DNA from: Heterodontus francisci | Taxonomy: Eukaryota | DNA length: 64,000 nucleotides | NCBI RefSeq assembly: GCF_036365525.1 | Contig: NC_090415.1 | Span: 12,896,001 to 12,960,000 of the forward strand | Direction of reading: 5' to 3' | Shown: piece after piece, positions 11,350-23,546 of the stretch | Layout of the letters: every line of letters begins with the position of its first letter | Position numbering within the stretch: the stretch's first letter is position 1 | Made by a program: the position numbers and the translations under genes | Notes under the pieces: model-generated | Database searches by the model: none | What the model was told of the DNA's origin: nothing | Seen by the model: only the letters and a program-made list of their open reading frames with translations

Positions 11350-13508
11350 AAGAGCCCATGGGATCCAGGGCAATTTGGCAAATTGGATCCAAAATTGTCT
11401 TAGTGGCAAGATGGTCGAGGGTTGTTTTTGCAGTTGGAAGCCTGTGACCAGTGGTGTACTGCAGGGATTGATGCTGGGACCCTTGCTGTTTGTAGTGTCT
11501 TACTCTTCTCTCTACTCTTTGGCCTCCTTGTTTCGAGAGACAATGGGTATGCGCCTGGAGGTGGTCAGTGAATTGTGAAGCAGTGCCTGGAGTGGCTATA
11601 AAGGCTAATTCTAGAGTGACAGACTCTTCAACAGGCACTGCAGATAAAATTGGTTGTCAGGGCTGTTACACAGTTGGCTCTCTCCTTGCACTTCTGTCAT
11701 TTTTCCTGCCAACAGCTAAGTCTCTTCAACTCGCCACTCTTTAGTCCCACCTTTATGGCTGTCCACCAGCTCTAGCGATCACTGGCAACTGACTCCCATG
11801 ACTTGTGATCAATGTCACAGGACTTCATGACACGTTTCCAGAAGTCTTTAAAGCTGAGACATGGACGGCCAGTGGGTCTGATACCAGTGACTAGCTCGCT
11901 GTACAATGTGTCCTTGGGGATCCTGCCATCTTCCATGCGGCTCACATGGCCAAGCCAACTCAAGCGCTGCTGGCTCAGTAGGATGTACATGCTGGGGATG
12001 TTGGCCGCCGCCTTCTGTGTTGGAGATACGGTCCTGCCCCTGATGCCAAGGATTCTCCGGAGGCAGCGAAGATGGAATGAATTGAGACGTCGCTCTTGGC
12101 TGACATACGTTGTCCAGGCCTCGTTGCCGTAGAGCAAGGTACTGAGGACACAGGCTTGATACACTCGGACTTTTGTGTTCCGTGTCAGTGCGCCATTTTC
12201 CCACACCCTCTTGGCCAGTCTGGACATAGCAGTGGAAGCCTTTCCCATGTGCTTGTTGATTTCTGCATCTAGAGACAGGTTACTGGTGATAGCTGAGCCT
12301 AGGTAGGTGAACTCTTCAACCACTTCCATATTGCCGATATTGATGGATGGAGCATTTCTGACGTCCTGTCCCATGATGTTCATTTTCTTGAGGCTGATGG
12401 TTAGGCCAAATTCATTGCAGGCAGCCGCATTCCTGTCCATGAGTCTCTGCAGACACTCTTCTGTGTGGGAGTTAATGCAGCATCATCAGCAAAGAGGAGT
12501 TCCCTGATGAGGACCTTCCGTACTTTGGTCTTCAGTCTTAGATGGGCAAGGTTGAACAACCTGCCATCTGCATTAATGAATTAGACGTGAATATAGGAGG
12601 TATGATCAGTAAGTTCGCAGATGACACGAAAATTGGTGGTGTCGTAAATAGCGAGGAGGAAAGCCTTAGATTACAGGACGATATAGATGGACTGGTAAGG
12701 TGGGCAGAGCAGTGGCAAATGGAATTTAATCTTGAGAAGTGTGAGGTGACGCATTTTGGGAGGTCTAACAAGGCAAGGGAATATACAATGGGTGGTAGGA
12801 CTCTAGCAAGTACAGAGGGTCAGAGGGACCTTGGTGTACTTGTCCATAGATCACTGAAAGCAGCAGCACAGGTAGATAAGATGGTTAGGAAGGCATATGG
12901 GATACTTGCCTTTATTAGCCGAGGCACAGAATATAAGAGTAGGGAGGTTATGATGGAGCTGTATAAGACGCTAGTTAGGCCACAGCTAGAGTACTGTGTA
13001 CAGTTCTGGACGCCACACTGTAGGAAGGATGTGATTACACTGGAGAGGATGCAGAGGAGATTCACCAGGATGTTGCCTGGGCTGGAGCTTTTCAGCTATG
13101 AAGAGACGGGATAGGCTGGTGTTGTTTTCCTTTAGAGCAGAGAAGGCTGAGGGGGGACCTGATTGAGGTATTCAAAATTATGAGGGGCATAGATAGGGTT
13201 GATAGGAAGAAACTTTTTCCATTAGCGGAGGTTTCAATAACCAGGGGTATAGCTTTAAGGTAAGGGGCAGGAGAGAGGATTTGAGGGAAAAAAAATTTCA
13301 CCCAGTGGGTGGTCGGGATCTCAAACACATTGCCTGAAGGGGTGTAGAGGCAGGAACCCTCACAATATTTAAGAAGTATTTAGATGAGCACTTGAAACGC
13401 CGCAACATACAAGGCTATGGGCCAAGTGCTGGGAAGTAGGATTACAATGATGGCTGGTATGGACATGATGGGCTGAAGGGCCTGTTTCTGTTCTGTATAA
13501 CTCTATGA
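11350..13508 (+). mobile_element. CR1 LINE 3' portion, interrupted by an RTE at ~11498-12568
   Basis: AHGIQG..WIQN..SGV.QG..LGPLLF before the RTE continues as INELD..KFADDTKI..WQMEFN after it; CR1 tail at ~13470-13508. Confidence 0.9.
11498..12568 (-). mobile_element. RTE-clade LINE fragment nested in CR1
   Basis: ORF 11772-12440 is homologous to 7214-8026; same 3' UTR GGCCTCCTT.T.TCGAGAGACAATGG. Confidence 0.92.
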
Positions 13509-13509
13509 A

Positions 13510-14850
13510 ACTTCTAGAAGCAATAATTTGGGACCAAATTAATAGTCACATGGACAAATGTGGGTTAATTAAAGAAAACCAGGACTGATTTGTTGAGGAA
13601 AAGTCATGTTTATTAATTTGCTGGAGTTTTTTGAAGAGGTAACAGAGAGGGTTGATGAGGGCAATGCTGTTGATGTGGTGTACATGGACTTCCAAAAGGC
13701 ATTTGATACAGTGTCACACAACAGACTTGTGAGCAAAATTATAGCTCATAGAATAAAAGGGACAATAGCAACATTGATACGAAATTGGCTGAGTGACAGG
13801 AAACAGAAGTAGTGGTTAATGGATGTTCTTCGGGCTGGAGGAAGGTTTGAAGTGGAGTTCCTCGGGTCAGTATTGGGACCCTTGCTCTTCATGATGTATA
13901 TTAATGGCCTAGACCTTGGTGTATAAGGCACAATTTCAAAATTTGCAGATGATACGAATCTTGGAACAATTATGAACTGTGAGGAGGATAGTGTAGCACT
14001 TCAAAAGGACATAGACAAGTTGGGGGAATGGGCAGACAAGTGGCAGATGAAGTTCAATGCGGAGAAATGTGACGTGATTCAGAAAGAACATGGAGAGTCA
14101 ATGTAATATAAAGGGTACATCTCTAAAGGGGTTGCAAGAGCAGAGAGACTTGGGGAGATATGTGCATAAGTCATTGAAGATAAATAAAAAGTTGAGAGAG
14201 CGGTTAACAAAGCATGCAGTATCCTGGGCTTTATTAATAGGGCATAGAGTACAAGAGCAAGCAAGTTATGTTGAACTTGTATATGATGCTGCTTCGGCCT
14301 CAGCTGGAGTATTCGGTCCAGTTCTGGACGCTGCACTTTAGGAAAAATGTGAAGGCATTGGAGAGAGTACAGAGAAGATTCACGAGAATGGTTCCAGGGA
14401 TGAGGAACTTCAGTTATGGAGGTAGATTGGAGGAGTTGGGACAGTTTTCCTTGAAGGGAAGGCAGAGAGGAGATTTGATAGAGGTATTCAAAATCATGAA
14501 GGGTCTGGACAGAGTAGATAGAGAGAAACTGTTCCCACTTGTGAAAGGATCGAGAACGAGAGAGCACAGATTTAAAATGATTGGCAAAAGAAGCAAAAGT
14601 AACCTGAGGAAAAACAACTTCACGCAGCGAGAGGTTAGAATCTGGAATGCACTGCCTGAGAGTGTGGTGGAGGCAGGTTCAATCGAGGCATTCAAAAGGG
14701 AATTGGACTGTTATCTGAAAAGGACGAATGTACAAGGTTATGGGGAGAGGGCAGGGGGGACTGGCATTAGGTGAATTGCTCATTCAGAGAGCTGGTGCAG
14801 ATATGATGGGCCGAATGCCCTCCTTCTGTGCTGTAACAATTCTGTGATTC
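13510..14850 (+). mobile_element. CR1 LINE, degenerate RT and 3' end
   Basis: NLLEFFEEVT..VDVVYMDFQKAFD; RPQLEYSVQFW; 3' tail GGGCCGAATG..CTCCTTCTGTGCTGTAA. Confidence 0.9.
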
Positions 14851-14854
14851 TGTA

Positions 14855-15402
14855 AACAGTGGTTCGGCCTCATCTGGAATATTGTGTCCAGTTCTGGGCA
14901 CTGCACCTTAGGAAAGATGTGAAGGCTTTTGAGAGGGTGCAGACAAGATTTATGAGAATGGCTCCAGCTCCATATATGAGGGACTTCAGTTATGTGGATA
15001 GATTGGAGAATCTGGGGCTGTTCTGCTGAGAGAAGAGAAGGTTGGAAGACATTTGATAGAATCATGAAGGGTCTGGACAAAGTAGACAGAGAGAAACTGT
15101 TCCCATTGACGGAAGGGTCGAGAACTAGAGGACACTGACTGCAGGTGAATGGCAAAAGAGGGAAATGATATGAGGGAAAAACTTTCTTTATGCAGTGAGT
15201 GGTTAGTATCTGGAATGCACTGCCTGAAAGGGTGGGGGAGGCAGATTCAATCATGGCTTTCAAAAGGGAATTAGATAAGCACCTGAATAGAAAAAAATTG
15301 CGGGACTACAAGGAAAGGGTGGCTGAGTTGCTGTGCAGAGAGCCGGTACAGAGATGATGGGCCAAATGGCTTCCTCCTGTGCTGTAACCATTCTATGATT
15401 CT
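14855..15402 (+). mobile_element. CR1 LINE 3' fragment
   Basis: Repeats the 14290-14850 segment in diverged form; tail ATTCTATGATTCT. Confidence 0.85.
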
Positions 15403-15467
15403 TTCCAATAGCTTGTACATGTGTGGTGTCTTGCTGCCATTGCTGTAGATTCCTCTTGCCGCATAAC

Positions 15468-15865
15468 TGGCGGTAGCGTAGTGGTAATGTCACTAAACTA
15501 GTAATCCAGAGGTCCACATTACTGTCCTGGGGACACGGGTTCAAATCCCACCACAGCAGTTGGTGGAATTTAAATTCAATTACTTAATAAATTCAATTTA
15601 TTAAAAAAACCTGAAATTGAAAGCTAGTCTCAGTAATGGTGCCATGAAGCTATCGATTGTAGTAAAAACCCATCTGGTTCACTAATGTCCTTTAGGGAAG
15701 GAAATCTGCTGTTCTTCCCATGTCTGGCCTACATGTGACTCCAGACCCACAACCCTTAAGTGCCCTCTGAAATGGCCTAGCAAGCCACTCACTTGCCAAA
15801 AGCAATTGGGAATAGGCAACAAATGCTGGCCTTGCCAGTGACGCCCACATCCTATGAAAGAATAT
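15468..15865 (+). mobile_element. tRNA-derived SINE sharing its tail with the LINE at 48630-50737
   Basis: A box TAGCGTAGTGG, B box GGTTCAAATCC; tail AATGCTGGCCTTGCCAGTGACGCCCACATCC. Confidence 0.8.
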
Positions 15866-16169
15866 TTTTTTTTAAAACTATGTGGATTTCACAGCACAGG
15901 CAGTTGCTGCTACTTACTCTGGATTTGCAGTATAAACATTGCGTTAGATTAGAACCATAGAATGGTTGCAGTGTGGCCATGCCAGCTCTTTGCACGAGTA
16001 ACTCCGTTAGTCCCAAGCCCCCACTCTTTCCCTGTAACCCTGCCATTTTTTTTTCTTCAATTAGACAACTACATGTTAAACTCGAAAGGACTCTGAGTGA
16101 GTGATCATGTGCTGAGATACTGAATCGTACAGACCAGAGAGTCCAAGGCCCGGTCCTCTATCTCTGCTG

Positions 16170-16535
16170 ACTTCAAGCCCCCTGCCGGATGTGGGAACAC
16201 AATCTAAGCTGAAGTACTGCAGTAGCGAGGGAGTGCTGCATTGTAAATGTCATCCGTTGGTTAAGATATTAAACTGAGGCCCAGTCTGCCTATTCTGCGG
16301 CGATGTGGAAGATCCCACAAAAACTATTTGTAGGAGAGCGGGGGATTCTGGCGACCTGGCCAACATTTGTATTCAACCAACACACCCAAAACAGCAATCT
16401 GGTCATTCATCCATGCTTTAGGTCTTTCAGTGTGCAAATTGGCTGTCACTTTTACCTGTACTTTCAAACTTGTCAGACGTGAAGCACATTGGGATGTTTA
16501 TGGTGCTGTATGAATGCCATTTCTTCCTTATATTT
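16170..16535 (+). mobile_element. Deu-domain SINE (SacSINE1/AmnSINE-like), degenerate
   Basis: GAGGGAGTGCTGCA...TTAAACTGAGGCCC...AAGATCCC...CCTGGCCAAC...CTGGTCATT...GCAAATTGGCTG resembles the Deu domain as recalled. Confidence 0.65.
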
Positions 16536-17227
16536 CTTTTATCAGCCAGAGCAACAGGAGTGGGTGATTTTGCCCCTCTCCAGCCCAGAGCTGCTGAGCT
16601 GCGGGCAGGCTGAACTCCTCTCAGAATGGGAAAGCCAAAAACCTTTGGGAAGTGTTCCTGCTCCAAGTCACTACCCTGCTACTCTTGCTAGTAAACCATA
16701 TGCATGTAATTGTCAGGTGAATGCAGGATGTGATGCCTCATGCAGTGGAATAACCATCTGATCCTCACTGTCTAAGGTCACCTAGAACAAATCATGACCT
16801 TGCTGAGCCCTGCAAATCTGGTCCTCAAAGCCTAGCTAACCTGGTGCTATTTTGACTGAAATATCTTACTAGCTGGCTTGTCCTGTTTAAATTTCATGGC
16901 CCTGGGGGTGGTGGTGGTGTTTAGAAAGAGCTGTAATTGACACTGATGCCCCACTGGTGGAAAAAGTCAAGGCAGAGCAAGATCTGTTGGTATCAACAAC
17001 AAGTATCAGGAAATTCCTGGGTCAAAGATTTATACTTTGTATGTGGCCCCTGAGGCTTCAGGCTGTGCAAAGATACAGAGCTGGGACAGCTTTGCTTAGC
17101 GTGAATGGGTGGCTATGTATAATGACAGCACTGTTCCCAGCCAGAATGGAGATTGGGTCATTCCAGCATCAACATCGCCTGGAGACCGTACTGTTATAAG
17201 GTGACTGAAATTGATTTTATGCACGTA

Positions 17228-18934
17228 CTGTATATATTTATGTAAAAGTCAAAGTTTTGAGACCAATTTTTGGGGCTAAAATTTGGGGGGGGGGGGGGGT
17301 GTCAACATTTACACAAGTCATGTTTTTGAACTTTAACAAAATAATAGCCACCATGGAGGCAGACATAATTAGTGTAAAATCATTTATTTAAACAAAAGTT
17401 ATATACAATTTTTATTACAGTAAGTGGAACAATTTAATAACGTAAACTAGTTAGAACTGAACATGCACTAAAATCCATCAAAATCACTCTGGTCTGCAAC
17501 TCCGAATAATTCTCCTGAATCATCTGCTTGAATGGCATCATCATATGGATCATCAATAGCAGTTATGCCATCATCGTTTTCATTATTCCTCAAATAATCA
17601 TCCTCTACCATTGAGTGCATTGGAAATTCCACATTTCTTGAAGGATCTTACGACAATGTCGGTTTTGAGCTAATTTCAAGCATCCACAACCCATTCACGC
17701 AAAGCTGCTAGTGTTGGAGCTTGCGTGCTGCCTCCTTTGGTGAAGGTTTTCCCTCCCTCAAGCATCCAGTTGCTTTATTTCTGATGCTGTCCTTGAAGGG
17801 CTTGTTGATACTGACATCTAATGGTTGGACCACGCTGGTAAGGCTGCTGGGAATCACTGCAATACTGGTGTTCTGTGATCCAACCCCAGCAACAACATCA
17901 TCCACTAGGTGCGATTTAAACATGTCCCGGATGAGCAAGCTTTTCTCTTTGCATCGTCCACCTGGTCGTAAATTCCACACTTTCCTCAGCCATATTTTGC
18001 AGCCACCTTAAACCATCCATCCTTTTTCATGAACATGGACAACAATGCCTCTTGAAAATTTCTGTTTGGGGATGGTTTTCCTCTTAAATATCACCATCGC
18101 GTTTAGCTTTGTCCCGTCAGACATACAATAAAGTCTGACAGTGAATCTAGTCTTCTCACGGCTAGTCATCTTGACTAGTACTTTTTTTTTCTCCAATTTT
18201 GTTCACCCTTCAATTTGCCAGCATATCAAAATTCATGGGAGTTTCGTCCGTGTTGCCAATGCAAGCCAAATTGTAGCCATTTTTCTCTTGATGTGTTGGG
18301 TGTAAATGGGTGGAATTCAGTGATCTTGTTGTCAAGTTCAGTAGGTAGACGCTGTGAAATCTTTAGGTCTATAGTAGTCTTTAGGTGAAGTACAAAATTG
18401 CATCTCTGCATGAACCTGATGTACCAAACAGCACTGGCCTTGAAATCTGCTACGCCTTCTTTGCTTCTTTCAGCGCGTAGAATCGAATGGATGTGCGAGA
18501 AACTACATATCCATTCTGGCAAAGGTCACTGGGACCATTCTGCAACTTTACCATCTAATTGCGGCCACTTGCTAGGCTTTCCCCGATTAGCACTTTCATT
18601 CTTTGGCATCTTCATGAGCTGTGTGGAAAGCTTTCTCCAGTCTCTGACATTCTTCTCCAATGCTGTGAATTCTCTTGCTGCCACACAATTATTCGCCTTC
18701 TCTGCACAAGCAGTGACTTGTGGTTTAAACTGCACTGAGTATTTGTTGTTCTTCCTTGGCACCATATTGAAAAAATGTGGGGGATCCTAGCTGAACGTTC
18801 GGGTATTCATACTAGTGCTTGATTAGAATGTTCTGCGTTCTGAAAATTAAGGTTGACTTTTACACAAGATATCAGAAAAATTCAAGATTTTTTGGCCTAA
18901 AGTCATGGATCGACTTTTACATGAGTATATACGG
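17228..18934 (-). mobile_element. pogo-family (POGK/Passer-like) DNA transposon, decayed
   Basis: TIRs CTGTATATATTTATGTAAAAGTC and GACTTTTACATGAGTATATACGG with TA on both sides; frameshifted ORFs show a Brinker-like DBD (18526-18765), CENP-B-like HTH and DDE (GWM, QPLDVSINKPFK). Confidence 0.9.
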
Positions 18935-19864
18935 TAATTTGTATTACCTAACTATCTTTCACTCACTGCATTCTGTTGGAGCAATAACTCTGCCTTTATT
19001 GGGAGACATTGCTGCAGTTTCAGTCATAGTTCTGTTTACTGTAATTAGTAGAGACCCTTTTTAAATTTCTGTTTGCTGTCATGTGCTCTTTGAATAGACT
19101 CTGCTGATGAAATAGACTTGGCTATAAAATAGACTGTTTGCTGTGAGTCCTGATGTAGGTCCAGCCCCATCTCTAACTCATTGGCTGCTACAGTAGTGTC
19201 ATTGACAGTCTGTAAATGGGAACCTTCAGGACACTGATTTAGCTCCTGGTCGCAACCTTGTGCAGAATATAAAAGCACTGGAGAGTGCACAGTGTGTGAG
19301 GTTGTTAATGCAACAAAGGATAGTAATAGGATTCAGGGTAGTCTGCCTGCAAGGCTCCAATTTCAGCTTGGCTCAGATCAGATGTGTGTTCTTTTGAGCC
19401 TAGTCCTTTAAATATGATTAAGAGCCTGTTGCGAAGGCTAATATCCTTCTGGTGACCTTTCCAATAGCAGTAAGCTTCACTGCTGTTCAGAGATGGCTTA
19501 AAATGTATGTCAGTGGGATGCGGAGCAGCAGTGACAAATCACCTGCCTAATTTAGAACCATTTGATCCAAGGCAGCTGCCTCTGAAAGCTTGGCTGACGC
19601 CCAGTGTAATGGAGACTAGGAACCCAACCCGGGCTTTCGATAATTTCCAGATTCACTTGAGAGCAGCCTCTCTTGATTGGAGCTGAATCTGTGTCAGCTA
19701 CGCTCCTGTCTGGCACTAATGCTACTCTATATTGCACCGCCACTTCCTCTGGCTGCTGCAGCTCTCAATGCTCCAGGAATTGCCCTATTTGTATTGTTCA
19801 AGAATCCAGATGAAACCAAGTGCATATGGAGTTGCTGTCCTGGCCAGCCTCTCAACTTGTATCG

Positions 19865-20045
19865 CTGTCGCTGGGTCAAAATCCCAGAATTCCCTTCCTA
19901 ACAGCACTGTTGGTGTACCTACATCCCGAGGACTGCAGAGGTTCAAGAGGGCAGCTCAACCATCTTCTCCAGAGCAATTAGGTATGGGCAATAAATGCTG
20001 GCTGAGCCAACAATGCCCACATCCCACAAACGAATAAAAAAAAAC
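19865..20045 (+). mobile_element. 3' fragment of the CR1/L2-group LINE
   Basis: Matches 50560-50737; ends GAATAAAAAAAA. Confidence 0.75.
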
Positions 20046-20069
20046 TTCTATAAAATTGAGCTCATCTAT

Positions 20070-20625
20070 AGCTCTGCTGCCCATAGCCTAACTTGCACTC
20101 ATCACCCCTGGGCTTGCTGATTTACGTTGACTCCCAGTCAGGCAGCGCCTCAATTTAAAGATTCTCATCCTTGTTTTTACATGTCTTTCCATGACCTTGC
20201 CCCTCCCTCCATCTGTAACCTCTTCCAGCCCTCCAATTCACCAAGATCTCTGCTTCTGATGAAAGGTCACAGACCTGAAATGTTAACTCTGTTTCTCTCT
20301 CCACAGATGCTGCCAGACCTGCTGAGTATTTCCAGCACTTCCTGTATTTATTTCAGATTTCTGGTATCTGCCGTATTTTGCTTTTAAGGTCTCTGTGCTG
20401 TTTCATTTCTGGCCTCTTGCCCGTGTTTTCATTACTGCATCCTTGGCGGCCATGCCTTCAGCTGCCTCAGCTCTAAGCTCTGGAATTCTCTCTCCAAATC
20501 TCTCTACCTCTATCTCCTTTAAAACCTCCCACTTTAACCAAGCATTTAGTCCTAATATCGCAATAATATATAGCAATTTTTTGTTTCATAACGCTCTTGT
20601 AAAGTGTCTTGGGACATTTTACTAA
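20070..20625 (+). mobile_element. L2-like LINE 3' fragment with a Penelope terminal repeat inserted at 20256-20386
   Basis: L2-like '..LPV.QR..FKILIL..','AFS...P.LWNSL' and tail TGTAAAGTGTCTTGGGAC; the insert begins CTGATGAAAGGTCACAGACCTGAAA. Confidence 0.65.
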
Positions 20626-20899
20626 CTGCCAAATCACTTCCAAGTTGTTATTGATGGTGCAATGCACAGAACACCTCCCCTCGTTGCCTTCTGCACTTTC
20701 TTTTCACTTTCCTCCTCTCCTGCACTGCGAGGTTACAGCTCACCTGTATCCTGCCATGCGCGAGTGCTCCCAGGCTTTTGGGCCACATGAGAAACGACAG
20801 TCAAATTTAATTGTTTTCTTCCAACATCTTCACACGTGCACGTTTCAGTGGGGGTCACGGATAGTGAACAGGAATGGAAACCCTGTCTGATTTTGCTAT

Positions 20900-21090
20900 T
20901 TCTCTCTCTCGCGCTCTCTTTCTCTCCCGCGCTCTCTTTCTCTCGCCCGCTCTCTTTCTCTCCCGCGCTCTCTTTCTCTCGCCCGCTCTCTTTCTCTCGC
21001 CCACTCTCTCTCGCTGTCTCACTGGCTCTCTCGCTCGCGCTCTCGTTGGCCCTCCAGCTCTCTCGCTTGCTCTCCCACTCGCTCTCACAA
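20900..21090. repeat. CT/CG-rich 18-bp minisatellite
   Basis: Alternating GCTCTCTTTCTCTCCCGC and GCTCTCTTTCTCTCGCCC units. Confidence 0.85.
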
Positions 21091-21194
21091 CCCTTGCTCA
21101 GGGACATTTAAGTCAGTTGTGTCTCCCAACCCCTGTCTCAGGTAAGGTTGCGAGCTGCATGGATCAGGGATTTTAGGTCTCTTTGTGTCGTGGT

Positions 21195-22265
21195 ATCAGC
21201 CTCGTTTAATGGTAGCACACTCACCTTAACTCAACTCAAGGTTGAGGGCTCAAGGCCCACTTACGAATTTGAGCATATAATCTCTGCGGACAGTTCACTG
21301 CAGTTCTTACGTGATGCAGCACTGTTAGAGGTACTGTTTTTTGAATTTGACATTGAATTGAGACCCTGTCCTCTTGTTCAGGTGCCTCTATTCAAGAGGA
21401 GCAGGTGAGTTCTCCTACTGTCCTGGTCCAATGTTGTTCCTTCAACCAGCATCATCAAAGCTTTAGGGGAGACAATGGTGTAGTGGTAATACTGCTGAAC
21501 TCGTAATCTAGAGGCCTAGGTTAATGCTCTTGTGACAAGGGTTCAAATCCCACCATGGCAGCTGGCGGAATTTAAATTAAATTAATAATGGAATTGAAAG
21601 CTAGTCTCAGCCATGAAACTATCATCGATTGTCATAAAAACCCGTCTGGTTCGCTGGTCCTTACCTGGTCTGGCCTACATGTAACTCCAGACCCACAGCA
21701 ATGTGGTTGACTCCTAAATGCCCTCTGAGATGGCTGAGCAAGCCATTCAGTTGTCAAGGGCAATTGAGAATGGGAACAAATGTTGGCCTTGCCAGCGATG
21801 CCCACATCCCATGAAAGAATAAAAAAAATTGGTTAACTGATCATTTATCTCATTGCTGTTTGTGTTTAAATTAAGACTACAAGTGGGAGCAGAAGTAGGC
21901 CATTCCGCCCCTTGAGCCTGCTCTGCCATTCAGGAAGATCATGGCTAATTTCCATCCTATCTCCATATTCCTTGATTCCCTTATTAAAAATTATCGATCT
22001 CACTGTAAAATACACATAACAACTGAGCAGCCACAGCCCTCTGGGGCAGAGAATTCCAAAGATATAAAACTCTCTGAGTGAAAAATGTCTGACCCCTTAT
22101 CCTGAGATTGACCCCTAGTTCTAGACTCCATCCAGGGGAAACAGCAACATTTCACCATGTAACAACAGTGACAGCACTTCAAATGTAATTCGTTGGCTGT
22201 GAGCACTTTAGGCTAACCTGAGGATGTGAAAGGTGGTTTATAAATGCAAATTCCTTTCTTTCTTT
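21195..22265 (+). mobile_element. Deu-domain SINE split by a younger SINE (~21465-21830) and a CR1 3' fragment (~21875-22140, minus strand)
   Basis: Segments 21195-21460, 21833-21865 and 22145-22265 join collinearly into a Deu-SINE ending ATAAATGCAAATTCCTTTC. Confidence 0.65.
21465..21830 (+). mobile_element. tRNA-derived SINE, same family as 15468-15865
   Basis: TGGTGTAGTGG...GGTTCAAATCC...GCCAGCGATGCCCACATCCCATGAAAGAATAAAA. Confidence 0.8.
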
Positions 22266-22887
22266 CACAGCCTCCGGTGCACTTGCATGCTCAATGAGGA
22301 CTAAGAACTGGGGTGAATGAGGGACCTTCTGGTTTAGATGGCGACCTTTGTCAATAGAGCCATTTAGGTGTAGTTTTACCTGGGTAGACAATATTGCCTT
22401 TCATGCATGCAGCTGAAAGAGTATTTTATACAACTTTCATTTGTGTAGCACCTTGAGTCTGATTGGATGTTGAGAATATTTTGTAAGCTTTCTTTCTGAA
22501 TTTGCATTGACATTTTTAAGCTGCAAAATTCCACAGCACACTTGACCATCAACTTTAAGTGAGAAGAACATGGATGTTGAGAATATTTGTCGACTTCAAT
22601 TCAGTCATGGCTTTTCATTTGTCACATTCTATGGCAAGGTTGCAGAAATATATTTGACCGCGAGTGGGCATTGCGATGACCGGGAATCTAATCTGGGTCA
22701 ATTGTTTGGAAGGCAGATATACTCACCACTATACCAGCATCACTGGCATACATGTAGCTCGTCATTTATACAGTATACACGCCAGAGCTCATTGGAACTC
22801 AAATGTCATTTCAACCATTTCAATCTGCACCTTAAAACCACGTTCATGTTCCCATTGGAGGATAGAATCATGGAATGGTTACATCAT

Positions 22888-23115
22888 CTCCTAGAAACCG
22901 ACAAAATTCTAACAGGACTGGACAGACTAGATGTAGGAAGGCTGTTCCTGATGGCGGGGGAGTCCAGGACCAGGGGTGACAGTCTAAAGATAAGGGGTAA
23001 GACATTTAGGACTGAGATGAGGAGGGATTTCTTCACCCAGGGAGTGGTGAACCTGTGGAATTCTCTACCACAGAAAAGAGTTGAGGCCAAATTATTAAAT
23101 AAATTCATAAAAGAG
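22888..23115 (+). mobile_element. CR1 3' fragment
   Basis: KILTGLDRLD..LF..ESRTRG..LK...FFTQ.VVNLWNSLP. Confidence 0.8.
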
Positions 23116-23220
23116 TTTGTACTACTGGATTCGGGCATTTAGATGCTCATTAGATGGAATGCGTTTTAATTTCCTCTGATATTTGTAAGGCTTTTTTTTT
23201 TAACAGTACTCCCTTTTAGG

Positions 23221-23546
23221 GACACGCAGTGATGAACACCGCAAACTCACAGCCCCAGCGACCCGGGTTCAGTTCTGGGTACTGCCTGTGCGGAGTTTGC
23301 AAGTTCTCCCTGTGACGTGGGTTTCCGCCAGGTGCTCCGGTTTGCTCCCACAGCCAAACACTTGCAGGTTGATAGGCAAATTGGCAATCGTAAATTGCCC
23401 CTAGTACAGGTAGGAGAATTGAGGGAAGATAGGAATGTGGTAGGGAATATGGGATTAATGTAGGAATAGTATGAATGGGTGGTTGATGGTCGGCACAGAC
23501 TCGGTGGGCCGAAGGAACTGTTTCAGTGTTGTATCTCTCTATGACT
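23221..23546 (+). mobile_element. HE1-like V-SINE
   Basis: Homologous to 4166-4490. Confidence 0.85.

Noticed and set aside
9998-11638. 546-aa ORF as one protein
   Set aside because: Chimeric: the first ~95 aa come from an RTE 3' end and antisense CR1; only 9998-11349 is Penelope
18940-19860. Unique-looking sequence as exons (also 22270-22880)
   Set aside because: No recognisable protein motif, splice pattern or paralog could be seen by eye
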